Shown: in pieces, positions 13,861-26,480 of the stretch | Position numbering within the stretch: position 1 is the first letter of the stretch | Layout: the number at the start of each line of letters is the position of its first letter | Assembly: GCA_951406725.2 (NCBI GenBank) | Contig: OX597831.1 | Span: forward strand, 73,222,001 to 73,286,000 | Source of the DNA: Octopus vulgaris | Lineage: Eukaryota | Length of the DNA stretch: 64,000 nt | Reading direction: 5' to 3' | Notes under the pieces: model-generated | Told to the model about the DNA's origin: nothing | The model's input: only the letters and a program-made list of their open reading frames with translations | Databases searched by the model: none | Made by a program: the position numbers and the translations under genes

Positions 13861-14579
13861 GATATTTCTACTGCAACTCTTTCCTCCACTATCACCACCA
13901 TGGCAACCGTAACATATCTGATGGGTGTTATCCCACTGAGTATATTTTGACAAAGCGAGATTACTGCTGTTGGTGTTGTGCTAATAATTTCTAAATGGTA
14001 TTTCTATTTTTTTTTTTGTTTTATTTCTGTTTATAATGGAAGTGTACCGATTTCAGTTTATTTTTTTGTTTCTTTTCTGCCAGTTTTTGTCTGTCTGTCT
14101 GTCTTTCTCTCCATCTCTTTCTGTGAGATGAAAGACACGTTAAAGAACACAGGCAGGAAGTAAATCTTCAATGGAATACAATTTCGGTTAGTTTTGATTT
14201 TGGTATTTCTTTCTTTCTTTCCAAGTTAGAATGGAGGGGTGGGGCACCTTTTCAGGCCCACCCAGACTGGTGAGATTGGTGAGGTTTCTACAGTATACTC
14301 AGCCAACTAAACTCGGTTCACTCCTCCCCACACCAAAAAAAAAAATAGAAAAGTTTGCAGTTGGAGTGGCTGTATGGTAAGTAGCTTGCTAATCAACCAC
14401 ATGGTTTCGGGTTCAGTCCCACTGCGTGGCATCTTGGGCAAGGATGAGAGACAGTTAAGCCAGCTTCCAATCTCTGATGCCAAATAGGCAATGCCAAAAC
14501 ATCTCAAATTCTTACCCTACCAAGTGTCTGCTAGAATAAGGACCCCTTTCCAAGTGAGGGGAATCAACAGCTCCTTTAA

Positions 14580-14798
14580 CTCCTTGGTATTCTGATTATT
14601 GTTTCAAATGTAATGTTTATTTATTCACGTTGTTTTCAATTAATCACGCATGTTCTCATAGTTTTGAGATTTCACTGAGATGGTTGTTCATTTTCAGAAT
14701 GACATTGTAGGATAGGTGTGAGAAGTTAATGTGGCTAGTTCGAACATAAAACAGTTTGAGTATTTGAGCGGGATATGATTGGTTTAAATACTAAAGGG
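14580..14798. mobile_element. Degenerate TTAA MITE (piggyBac-like family 2)
   Basis: Similar to 54407-54822 and 26857-27047; end TTTAAATACTAAAGGG. Confidence 0.55.
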
Positions 14799-17259
14799 GT
14801 AATGAATCTGTACAAAATTGGTTTGTGAGGTGGCAGTCAGGAGTGGAGAGTATCTAAAATTTTCAGCAAAATCTGATAAGAGTTAAGTAGCCCAAAATCA
14901 AATCAGATAGTCCACATCATGCTCTTCTTCCCCCACACTCTGCACTATTTCTGTTTATCTGGGTGACAGGTCATATATATAAATGTTTACATATTCAAAG
15001 CTGTCCTTGTATAAATTAACAGTTTATCAGATTGAAGGTTTATATAATACAATAACTGTTTCCTTGTTTCACTGTCTTTTGAAAAAAGAAAACCATTACC
15101 CCACCACCACCATCACCATTAAATCAACTCTTTCAAATTGTCACAACCACTGCCAAGTCCGTGATGATATATTTCTCCAGGTTGCTGTGAGCCAAACTTA
15201 AATCCTTCAGTCAGTCAGTATTGATGTCATGAATGTCCCCCCCCCCTTCACTTCTTTGTTTCATTATCAGTTTACCTTCTTTCAGGATCCAATTAAAATA
15301 AGTACCAGCTGAATTCTGGGGTCAATGTAATTTAAGGGTGTCAAATCTTTGTCACAAGGCCAACGATTCTGGAGGAGCTGGGGGCAAGTCGATTACATCC
15401 ACCCTCCAGGGCTCGACTGGTACTTATTGACTGCAAAAGGGTGAAAGGCAAAGTCAACCCCAGCAGAATTCAAACTAATAGTCAATGTAATAGACTTACC
15501 AGCTGCCCTGAAATTGCTGGCCTTGTGTCAAAGTTAGAAGTCATTAGTTTACCTTATAACGGTACAAAGGTAGCAAACTGGCAGAATTGTTAGCAAATTG
15601 AGTAGAATGCTTAGCAAAATTTTGTCCATTTTTATGTTCTGAGTTTGAATTCTGCTGGGGTTGACTTTGCCTTTCATCCTTTTGCAGTCAATAAAATAAG
15701 TACCAGTCGAGCCCTGGGGGGTGGACGTAATCGACTTGCCCCCAGCTCCTCCAGAAGCGTTGGCCTTGTGCCAAAGATTTGACACCCTTAAATGTTTACC
15801 TTAATCAGTATTTTTTAGTCTTTTCTTTCAGTCATTGGTTGTGGGTCATGCTGGGAGACAGCCTTGAAAGATTTAAACAAATTTCACCCCCCCCTCCCCA
15901 GTCTTTGAGTTAAGTACTTAGTCTATTGCTCTCATTCTGCTGTATTGCTAAGTTAGAAAGATGTAAACAAACCATCACTGGTTGTCAGAGTAGTAGGGGG
16001 AGACAAACACAGAGACATGCATGTGTGTGAACACGCACACACACATAATGGGCTTCCGTACTGTTTCCATCAGCCAAATTCACTCTCAGGCATTGGTTGA
16101 CCCAAGACTATAGTCAAAGATACTTGCCCAAGGTGGCATGCAGTAGGACTGAACCTGATACTATGTGGTTGGAAAGCAAACTTCTTAACCACACAGCCAT
16201 GACTGTGGCTATAGAATTCTTGTTTGGTTGCAGATCAAACCTTGATTAAACAGACCAAGAATCAACAGGGTTCCAGCCATGACCATCTCTTGCTTTGTAT
16301 GTTAGAGATTAACATTGTTTTGGGAAGCATTTTCAAACTTATTTTGTCATGGCTTTTCCAAACATCCCAAGATCCCTGTTTATATTTTATAAACAACTGG
16401 GCCCTAGCCCTGATTTTAATCAGACATTTATGGGAAACAAAATGTTTTAATTAGAGGATATATTTCTACATAGGTGCAGGTATGGTTGTGTGGTAAGAAG
16501 TTTGCTTCCTAACCACATGGTTCCAGGTTCAGTCTCACTGTGTGGCACCTTGGGCAAGTGTCTTCTAATACTTTAGACTGACCAAAGCCTTGTAAGTGGA
16601 TTTGGTAGATGGAAAGTGAATGAAGCCAGTCGTATGCGTGTCTTTAAAGATAAAAACATGAAAACAAACATCTAAGATAACTTATTTTGAAAATGGCAAA
16701 TAAATGCTTTATTAAAAGTCTGTTGAATTTTATTAAAAAGTCCCCTTAACTTGGAAACAACTCTTGTCACAGAACTTTAAGGTTACTTGGAATCTAATTT
16801 CAAAAACTCTTTTGAAAGCAATTTATGCAAGCCACTCCTGGTTCTGTGATAAATTAATCTAAATGTAAATCTCCAATCAACATTTCATTTATGTTTTAAA
16901 TACTAACTTAATGAGTTATTTGACTAAATTCTTCAATATTTTCAAAATCATTTGAAACAAAGGCAGTATATTACCAGAGAAATATGGGAACAAAAGGATT
17001 AAAGTGATCATTATCAAGACCTATCATATTTCAAATTCTTGCTCAGTGACTCTTATTTTCAGAATGAATTGAAACAAAGAAATTTTAAAAGGATTTTGAA
17101 ACACTTAGTCTAATGGAGATGGTAGGGTGTAACATGGAGTTATTTCTAGCATGTCAGACAACCTCTATAGTGGTCCCTGCAGTTGTACTTATGTTAGAAA
17201 TCAGTGGTAGTGAGTACTGGAGGGCAATGTGTGCCCAGAATAATTTACCTTGTGGTATT

Positions 17260-17527
17260 TAGTTCCGTCCTGATATGTTCTGGGTTCCAATTTCACTGCA
17301 GTTCACTTGACCCTTTTTAATCTTTCTAGTTCCGTCCTGATATGTTCTGGGTTCCAATTTCACTGCAGTTCACTTGACCCTTTTTAATCTTTCTAGTTCC
17401 GTCCTGATATGTTCTGGGTTCCAATTTCACTGCAGTTCACTTGACCCTTTTTAATCTTTCTAGTTCCGTCCTGATATGTTCTGGGTTCCAATTTCACTGC
17501 AGTTCACTTGACCCTTTTTAATCTTTC
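17260..17527. repeat. Perfect 67-bp tandem repeat x4
   Basis: Units start at 17260, 17327, 17394 and 17461. Confidence 0.95.
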
Positions 17528-18218
17528 AGTTGACTGGCTTCGAGAGAGGTGGATCAATAATAAAAAAGTGCCCGTGAAATATTGACTCAGATCTAAATCA
17601 GCGCCCCCTACATCTACCCCAACCCCTTTCTCAAACGTCTGTGGCCCCTTGCCAGTTTCACAAGTAATTCTAGTGCACATCTTATTTGATTTCCATGTTG
17701 CTGTTGTTGCAGCTGCTGCTACTGTTTTCTTTTTTTCTTCTTCTGTGATGAAGCTGCTATGGAATATTGCTCTAATTTAACATCAGAATTATTAATACCT
17801 CTTTAGTATTTAGTATGGCATGTTGAAAGGAAGTGTGGGTGGGGGAAGCCATGGTTTGTGAATGGGTGTGCATAATTTTGAGTGTTAGGAAGATAGGTGG
17901 GGTGGGTGGAGAGAGAGAAGTCAGTTCTGCTTGAACGGAATCAAGTTACAACAGTGAGACACCATGTTAATTAATGGTCTCCCTTTCTTCCTTTCCCTGT
18001 CTTTTCTTCGTTATGACTTAGTAGACATACCTTTGATAATTTTGTTTGCTTTCTTGATTTCTCTCGTTAGGTTGTTGCTATTAACTGATTATTATAATGA
18101 ATTTTAAAAAAAGCACCGAGAAAGTTTTAATAGTGTTGCTTGACCTGCTAAAAAACAGCAGCCTAAATCTCCTGACCTGTGACTGAACATCAACAATCTT
18201 TATACATTTCATCTTTAA

Positions 18219-18837
18219 CCCTTTCATTACTGTATTTATTTTGAGATGCTCAGTGTTTCTCTGAATTATCTTTATATATAAAAGAGAGGTTGTGTGCTGT
18301 CTGTCTCCTACGATTTAGATTCCTAACTACTCCCACATTTTGCGGTGCAGTTTAACCAAAACCGGGTATCTTATAGTCGTGATTCATATCGAGCCCTTCT
18401 GGGTATTAGCGCGCGTCTACGATGAGTCTACGATTAAAAAAAAATTTACCATCATTTTTTTCCATTTTAATGCATTTTTTCACTATTATATAAGGGAAGT
18501 AACTCTCTAAAAATGTCTACGATGAGTCAACGATTTAAAAAAAAATTTATTATCATTTTTTCCCCATTTTTAATGCATTTTTTTGCTATTTTTTGGCTAT
18601 AACTCTCTAAAAATGCTTATATAGTTATTTCCCTTACAAACCCGAGCAATGCCGGGTGATACTGCTAGTTTTAGATATAACAAAGAATTTTGTAAGATAA
18701 CTTAGTTATCATTAAGCAAGTGTTAGGAACATAAATTGTGACAAAGGATTGGTGGAAGTTTTAATTCAAAGCTTATGAAAACAAGACATTTGTACTCAGA
18801 GCCAGAGCCGGTTTCAACCGGGTTAGTAATGAAAGGG
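18219..18837. mobile_element. piggyBac MITE (family 1) interrupted by a Helitron
   Basis: TTAA|CCCTTTCATTAC ... GTAATGAAAGGG|TTAA; collinear with 29448-29661 once 18269-18668 is removed. Confidence 0.9.
18269..18668 (+). mobile_element. Non-autonomous Helitron (400 bp)
   Basis: 5' TC(TTTATATATAAAAG), 3' hairpin CCCGAGCAATGCCGGG then CTAG, inserted between A and T with no TSD. Confidence 0.88.
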
Positions 18838-20179
18838 TTAAGAGTGAGATAATTTTTGGTTTTGCTTACTGATCTTGGTCAAGGTGATTAAACTTTGCTG
18901 GCTCAGACTACCTAGTTCATGAATAGGTACAGTGAGGAGGTAGGTAGATGCAGTACTTTATAATTAGTGAGGTACTTGTGGTGGTATGTCATCTTTGAAA
19001 GGGATGATCTGAAGTATTCCTGTGAATTGGAATCCTTGCAGAAGCTTTTCAACTGACTTTGTTCCAACCAGCTTTTTTGTCGTTGCACCAAAGTAGACTC
19101 CATCTGAATGAACTGAAATAATTCAAGAATTCTAATTAAAATAATAATAACACAGACAAAACAACAACAAAATTTCCAAAAAAGCACATTGTTAATATTG
19201 TGTGAGAAAACTCAGATCAAAGAATATTTCAAACAAATATAAATTAAAAAAAATAAACGAAATTTGTTCTAAATTGGTAACATTTGGCATGTGGCACAAG
19301 TTGGTTCAGAGCATCACTCTACACCGCCCTCTGCATTGTTTAATTAGTGTACACCATCACATGTATATATTAACCTATTGTTCTCTCTTGCTCGTTATCG
19401 AGGCTGTGATAGATAGAATTGGGGTTTAAATACTTTTCCTCTACCATTTATTTTTTGTTTTGGGATTTCAAACTTTCAAGAATAATTGAATTACAAATCT
19501 TTATTTGGTTTTGTGTTTCACTGTTTCTGTAAATAAACTGTTTATGTTGAATATTTGCATGTGGTGGTGGGGTTTGAATTTTGGCTAGTTTGCTTTGACA
19601 CGCTGCCTTATTTCAATCAGTCATGACGTGGAACTGTTGGTACTTCCTTAGAGAATTTTCACCAAACAAATTGACCTCCAATACTTATTTCTTTTTTTAA
19701 GCCTGGTGCTTATTCTGTCTGGCTCTTTTGCCGAAACATTCAGTTACAGGACGTAAACATACCAACACTGGTTGTCAATTGGTGGTAGGGAACAAATACA
19801 CACACACACACATGGGTGTGTGTATATTTCTTTCAGTTTCTCTCTATCAGATCCACTTGTGTGGCTTTAGCTGGCCCACAGCTATGGTAGACAACACTTA
19901 CCTAAGATGCCATGCAGTGGAACTGAACCCAGAACCATGTGATTGGGAAGCAAATTTCTTGCCACCCAGCTGACTGGGGGTTTGCACAGTTCTGCAAGTC
20001 AGTCTTTGTTAATATAACTATAAAGACTACTACTATTAACACATCAATTGGCAGGTCAATGGACCTGCTAGAAATGGCAGCCTAATCTCCCTCAAACCAC
20101 ACCCTTAATGTCTAAAAAAAAAAAAAAATGCTGGAAAGGGCAAGGAGAATGTAGTCTGGAGTGCAATATGGCTGAAAAA

Positions 20180-20554
20180 TAAGACAAGTGGGCGAGTTCG
20201 TTTTGAGTGTTGGGCCTCACAGAGGTAATGACCAAGACCTTTGGCATTGTTGCGCTTGAGAAGACAACCCATCAAGCCAAACAATATCACAGTCGTGGCA
20301 GATACAGGTGTCATGCAAATTGGCACCTGTGCCGGTGGTACATAAACTCACCCCCCACGTCACACAAAAGGCACCTGTGCTGGTGGCACGTAAAAGCACC
20401 GATTATACTCTCAGAGTTGTTGGCATTAGGAAGGGCATCCAGCTGTAGAAAACCATACCAAATCAGACTGGAGTTTGGTGCAGCCTTCCAGCATGCCAGC
20501 CCAGTCAAACCGTCCAACCCATGGACAACTGGTGTTAAATGATGATGATGATGA
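20180..20554 (+). mobile_element. RTE 3' UTR fragment
   Basis: TTGGCATTAGGAAGGGCATCCAGCTGTAGAAA and (GAT)n tail. Confidence 0.8.
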
Positions 20555-21220
20555 TTTGTGAATGAAGCACCTTTGATAATTGGTCTTCTCAGTCAGGGCA
20601 GGCCTGATTGCTAAACAGCTGTAACTGCTTCACCTTTGCCAAAGTGATCCTTTTGGCCAACATAGTATAGTAGGCATCACTGTTACTTTGACCATGACCA
20701 CAACTGCTATCGACATCACCACCACTGCCATTAATACCAACTCCACAACGCTACTAAAACTACCATCATACCATCACCACTGCTGAGACCTCCTCCGCTA
20801 TCACTGCTGCCTGCCAAATTACAATATACTATTATCACCACCACTATTACCATTGTTACTACTACTACGTCTACCATTACTACTACCACCATCACCTCCA
20901 CACTCCTATAGAAAAATCACTCCATCATTGACTCTACCCTCAGTAAGGGCCTCTGACACCATAATCACCCATAACCACTAGTATTACTACCACCACCACC
21001 ACCAGATTGAGAGACAATGTCCTTGTGGTGTAATGCAGAAATATGTTGTATGCCTTTATATGTGTGTGTGTGTGAATCTGTACATATGTTTTTTTTCCTG
21101 TTTGGTAAATTACTTTTAAGATAAGAAACAGCTTTGTTCTTCTCTGCATTTCTGTCCATTTAATTTCAAACCAACACTAAATGCATTTCCTTCACATTCT
21201 TCACAGCGCCTAAAATTACA

Positions 21221-21261
<41 letters not shown>

Positions 21262-21794
21262 ACAATACTGGATATAAACTAGTAAAACATCCCAGCTTTA
21301 TACCACCACATGTCTGCTTTTTATTGATTATCAATAATTTTTTTTTTGTTTATTGTATGTTTTTTTTTTGTAGTTTCTGTAATATTTTCATTATATTTTC
21401 TTGGTAATCGATAAAGAAAAAGAAAAAAAGTGAGTCTGTGCTTGTAGTGAGAGGAGATAGCATTAGTGGGCATTTTGCAGGTGAAATCAATCAATCAATC
21501 GGGGGAGGACACATGAAACAATTATAATAGTTATGGATAAGAAAAATGAATATTAAAGTGTCGATCAAAGTCAGTTTATTGCTTTATAAGGAAACCATTG
21601 TAACTGCAGCCTATTGTGTCAGAGGCCAGAAAAAGCATTTTCTTTTGTAATGTCACATGTTACCTGGTTGCCACCCTTGTTTTTTTTTATAAGAATAGGT
21701 TGGGTCACTTGGCTGATTGGTTGGTCAGCTGGCTCAAAGTGTGTTTCCATACATAGCCTCTGCACAGATACCTAATACACATCCTCACTTTATA

Positions 21795-22013
21795 TATTTC
21801 TTTACTACCCACAAGGGGCTAAACACAGAGGGGACAAACAAGGACAGACAAACGGATTAAGTCGATTACATCGACCCCAGTGCGTAACTGGTACTTAATT
21901 TATCGACCCCGAAAGGATGAAAGGCAAAGTCGACCTCGGTGGAATTTGAACTCAGAATGTAACGGCAGACGAAATACGGCTACGCATTTCGCCCGGCATG
22001 CTAACGTTTCTGC
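21795..22013 (-). mobile_element. Meta-like tRNA SINE (family B), young copy
   Basis: Reverse-complemented GACTTTGCCTTTCATCCTTTCGGGGTCGATAAA core and GAGTTCAAATTCC B box; flanking direct repeat. Confidence 0.88.
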
Positions 22014-22597
22014 ACAGATACCTAATACATATCCTCACTTTATAGTGCTACCTGACCTTTAACAATTGGAATCAGGGGTCTGCTGATTTGTGAGAGGCAC
22101 GTTGTGGATACAGGTGTGTTTAAGACCCTTGCTTTGCGACTCTGTGGTTTTAGGTTCAGTCCCACTGCGCGACACCTTGGGCAAGTGGCTTCTGCTATAG
22201 CAGTGGATCAACCAATGCCTTGTGAGGGAATTTGATAGATGGAAACTGTGTGGAAGCCCAGTGTGTGTGTACCAAAAAAATTTTGAATTGGCGTCATAAA
22301 TAACTTCTTCATACCTCATAGATTTAATTAATCTAATTTAATAGCCAGCTTAATACTGGAAGATAACAAGCTTGGTCCGTCAAAGACTGGGATTGCAAAA
22401 ATACACTTTGACCTACTTAAAGGTGTAGGAATCTCATTTAGAACTTAAAACCTAAGGTCAGGTTGCGGTCAACCATAGAGAATTTTCTATAAGCAATACT
22501 AAGTTCCTACCACCCCCATTCTTCTCTCAAAAACTAGAGTAACTTAGCAGAATAACATTAGTCAAACATACATAAGTTAGTTCACTTCAGACCACAT

Positions 22598-22938
22598 CTT
22601 ACTCTTTTACTTGTTTCAGTCATTTGACTACGGCCATGCTGGAGCACCGCCTTTAATCGAGCAACTCAACCCCGGGACTTATTCTTTGTAAGCCCAGTAC
22701 TTATTCTATCGGTCCCTTTTGCCGAACCGCTAAGTGACAGGGACATAAACACACAAGAATCGGTTGTCAAGCGATGTTGTGGGGACAAACATACACGCAC
22801 ACATATATATACATATATATGATGGACTTCTTTCAGTTTCCATCTACCAAATCCACTCACAAGGCTTTGGTCGGCCCGAGGCTATAGGAGAAGACACTTG
22901 CCCAAGGTGCCACGCAGTGGGACTGAACCGGGAACCAT
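22598..22938 (-). mobile_element. CORE-like SINE (family A), 5'-truncated
   Basis: Reverse complement of family A body and tail. Confidence 0.88.
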
Positions 22939-23339
22939 CTGTGGACAGACCTTGAATAAAGCTGCCTTGATTGTTACCCGGTTAACAATAGCTGGATGCA
23001 AATGCAACTGCTAGTTTTCTATGCAGCAGAAGTGTGCATCAGACAAATTTAAGCCAAATATGCTGTGTAATTCACTGTAGGAAAAAGAAATATGCAGATG
23101 AACTAATCTCTGTATTCGTTATAATTGTCTTATACATACATATATGACCTAACGGAGTTGGTCTGCTTCAGTAGTGTTTACATGATTTAGTAAAATCAGT
23201 GAGGAGTACTGTGAACCTTGTTGTAGAGAGTGGAAAATCCAAAGTATTGGTCAGTCATTCTTCAGGAAAACTTTGGAAGGTGAGAAAAAACAATAACAAA
23301 GCTAATGCAGAAACAGACTACAACTTTGTGTGTGTAATA

Positions 23340-23376
<37 letters not shown>

Positions 23377-24257
23377 AATTTATACAGAAAACAGTTATTG
23401 TATTCAATGCGTTATAAAACATACACATATTTCAATGAAATGCCATAATTACATAAGTTCAGGAAACATTATGTAAATCTTGCACTTAACCTCATCAGTG
23501 TTCAGCAATAAATGCAATGACAAATTTTGGAAGCTAATATATACACTTGTATGTATATTTCTTTGTGTCTATGATCGTCCCATCCCACTACTGCTTGACA
23601 ACCTGTATTGGTTTGTTTATGTCTCTATCTTAGCAGTTTGGAAGAAAACCAATAGAATAGTTATCGGATTTAAAAAATAAGTACTGGCATTGATCTATTC
23701 GACTAAAAGATCCTTAAAGATGGTGCTCCAGTATGGTCACAGTCCAGTGACTGAAACAAGTGAAAGATAAACAATATATATGTTATATACATGCCTTTTA
23801 TTTCATGCATCACAGCCATAAAATGGACTTTTTGAGTATAGCTGCCAAATCTCTCATAAATTGTATATTAGCATCTTAGAATAATTTTACATTGGAAAAC
23901 ATGATGGGGTGGTCATGGATGGAATACCTTTAGTCATAGATTTTTTCTTTGATCAAGGTTGATCTGGATCTGAAAGACAACAATAGTAGACCATCTTGTA
24001 TTACCGCACAACAGGGGATCTTCATCTTGTGTTGGTGACCACACCACCATCATGACCATACATCACTATTATACAATACTCCTTTCATACCACTGCAACA
24101 TTTTGGTGCAAGACCAGCTATTTTAGGAGAGGGAATAAGTCGATTACACCAGCCCCAGTGCTCAGTTGGTACTTATTTTATTAGCCCCCCCCCCTCCCCG
24201 AAGGCAAAGTCGATTTTAGTGGAATTTGAACTCAGAATTTAAGGACAAATGAAATTC

Positions 24258-24490
24258 CTATTTCTTTATTGCCCACAAGGGGCTAAATATAGAGGGGACA
24301 AACAAGTACAGACAAACGGATTAAGTCGATTACATCGACCCCCAGTGCGTCACTGGTACTTAATTTATCGACCCCGAAAGGATGAAAGGTAAAGTTGACA
24401 TCGGCGGAATTTGAACTCAGAATGCAGCGGCGAACGAAATACCACAAAGCATATCACCTGACGTGCTAACGATTCTGCCAGCTCGCTGCT
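24258..24490 (-). mobile_element. Meta-like SINE nested in an older family B copy
   Basis: 18-bp TSD TTTAAGGACAAATGAAAT at 24238 and 24491. Confidence 0.88.
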
Positions 24491-25158
24491 TTTAAGGACA
24501 AATGAAATACTGTTAAGTGTTTTGCCTGTGTGCTAACAACTTTGCTAACTCGTTGCTGCAACATATTAATACCATCTCTTGTCAAACCCACACCACACAC
24601 ACAGTCACTGACACCCAACCACATGATAAACCACTACCGGCTCTAATCATGACATACCACCACCACTGGCCTTAACCACAACGCACCACTACTGGCTCTA
24701 ACCATGACGCAACACACTGGACCTTTAACAGTGACATAGCACACTGCCCTTTGTCTCCCCACCACCCTCACACACACAACATACACCAGCCCTGTTGTAT
24801 ATGAGACACACCAACCCATAATTAGTAAACCTAAATTGGATTTAATCAAACAGCTTCATTGATAAGAGTATTGGCTGATAAATTAGTGACTTTAATTATA
24901 AGTCAGCCTTGAATATTTTTGCCATGAGCTTAGGGAATAAATACACGCAGAGCAAACCAATAATTTATAATTACTTTGGCTATCTACATAACTCTGTCTC
25001 TCTCAATAATATATTGAGCTGTTTGTATATCTATGTAGATGTGTGTGTGTGTGTGTGTGTAGTCTACAGTAAAGAACTCAATGAATCAGTAAGTTTACTT
25101 GGTGTTTGTCTTCTTACATGGTCAGGTGTTATGACTCTCATATATCTGTGTGTGTGTG

Positions 25159-25215
<57 letters not shown>

Positions 25216-25223
25216 CAACAAAT

Positions 25224-25692
25224 AGGCGCAGGAGTGGCTGTATAGGCGCAGGAGTGGCTGTATAGGCGCAGGAGTGGCTGTATAGGCGCAGGAGTGGCTG
25301 TATAGGCGCAGGAGTGGCTGTGTGGTAAGTAGGTTGCTAACCAACAACATGGTTCCGGGTTCAGTCCCACTGCGTGGCATCTTGGGCAAGTGTCTTCTGC
25401 TATAGCCCCGGGCCGACCAATGCCTTGTGAGTGGATTTGGTAGACGGAACTGAAAGAAGCCTGTCGTATATATGTATGTGTGTGTGTGTGTTTGTCCCCC
25501 TAGCATTGCTTGACAACCGATGCTGGTGTGTTTACGTCCCTGTCACTTAGCGGTTCGGCAAAAGAGACTGATAGAATAAGTACTGGGCCTACAAAGAATA
25601 AGTCCCGGGGTCGATTTGCTCGACTAAAGGTGGTGCTCCAGCATGGCCGCAGTCAAATGACTGAAACAAGTAAAAGAGTAAGAGTAAAGAGT
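25224..25692 (+). mobile_element. CORE-like SINE (family A) with pentamerised 5' end
   Basis: Family A structure; 20-bp unit x5 at 25221-25320. Confidence 0.9.
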
Positions 25693-26239
25693 ATATATAT
25701 ATATACACGCATACATACATACATGCATACATACATACACCCCTCTCCCATAATATATATATATGATGGACTCTTCCTTTATAAACAACAGATGGGGTTT
25801 CTACAGTTGTTTTGCTGAAACAACCTGCAAAAATGAGTTGTTTATAGTAATCAAATGTTTGTGCAGCATCCTAGTCCTCTCTCTGCGTCATCTTGACATT
25901 GCCTGCACGGGTGCACAAGATGTGAAAGTGAAGAACTCAATGCTCCACCTGGTCCAGGAACTGAACCCACAATCCCATGAGCATGAGGGTAACACCCTAA
26001 CCACTAGGCCACATGCCCTTAGTCACACACACACACACACTCAGAGTAATCTTTACAATAAAATTGACTCCAAGAATAGTTATTCCAACAGTAAATGTTC
26101 CAACCTTATTTTTGAAAATTGGTTTGAAACAATTACCTCATTTTAAAACACACACACACAACCACATGTATGCTTATACACAATAAAACATATGGGTGTT
26201 TGTAACAATTCACATTTTAATGTAGTAAATATGTACATT

Positions 26240-26308
26240 AAATATATATATATACACACACACACATTTGTATATATATATATATATATATATATATGCA
26301 GACACATT

Positions 26309-26360
<52 letters not shown>

Positions 26361-26408
26361 TGCACACACATTTGTATATATATATATATATATATATGCA
26401 CACATATT

Positions 26409-26454
<46 letters not shown>

Positions 26455-26480
26455 TACATATTTGTGTATATATATACAGA
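26240..26480. repeat. Compound (TA)n/(CA)n microsatellite
   Basis: Directly visible. Confidence 0.9.

Noticed and set aside
17260-17527. CRISPR-like regular repeat
   Set aside because: No unique spacers, no cas genes, eukaryotic context
18960-18995. TGAGGTA let-7-like seed
   Set aside because: The rest does not match let-7 and no precursor hairpin is evident
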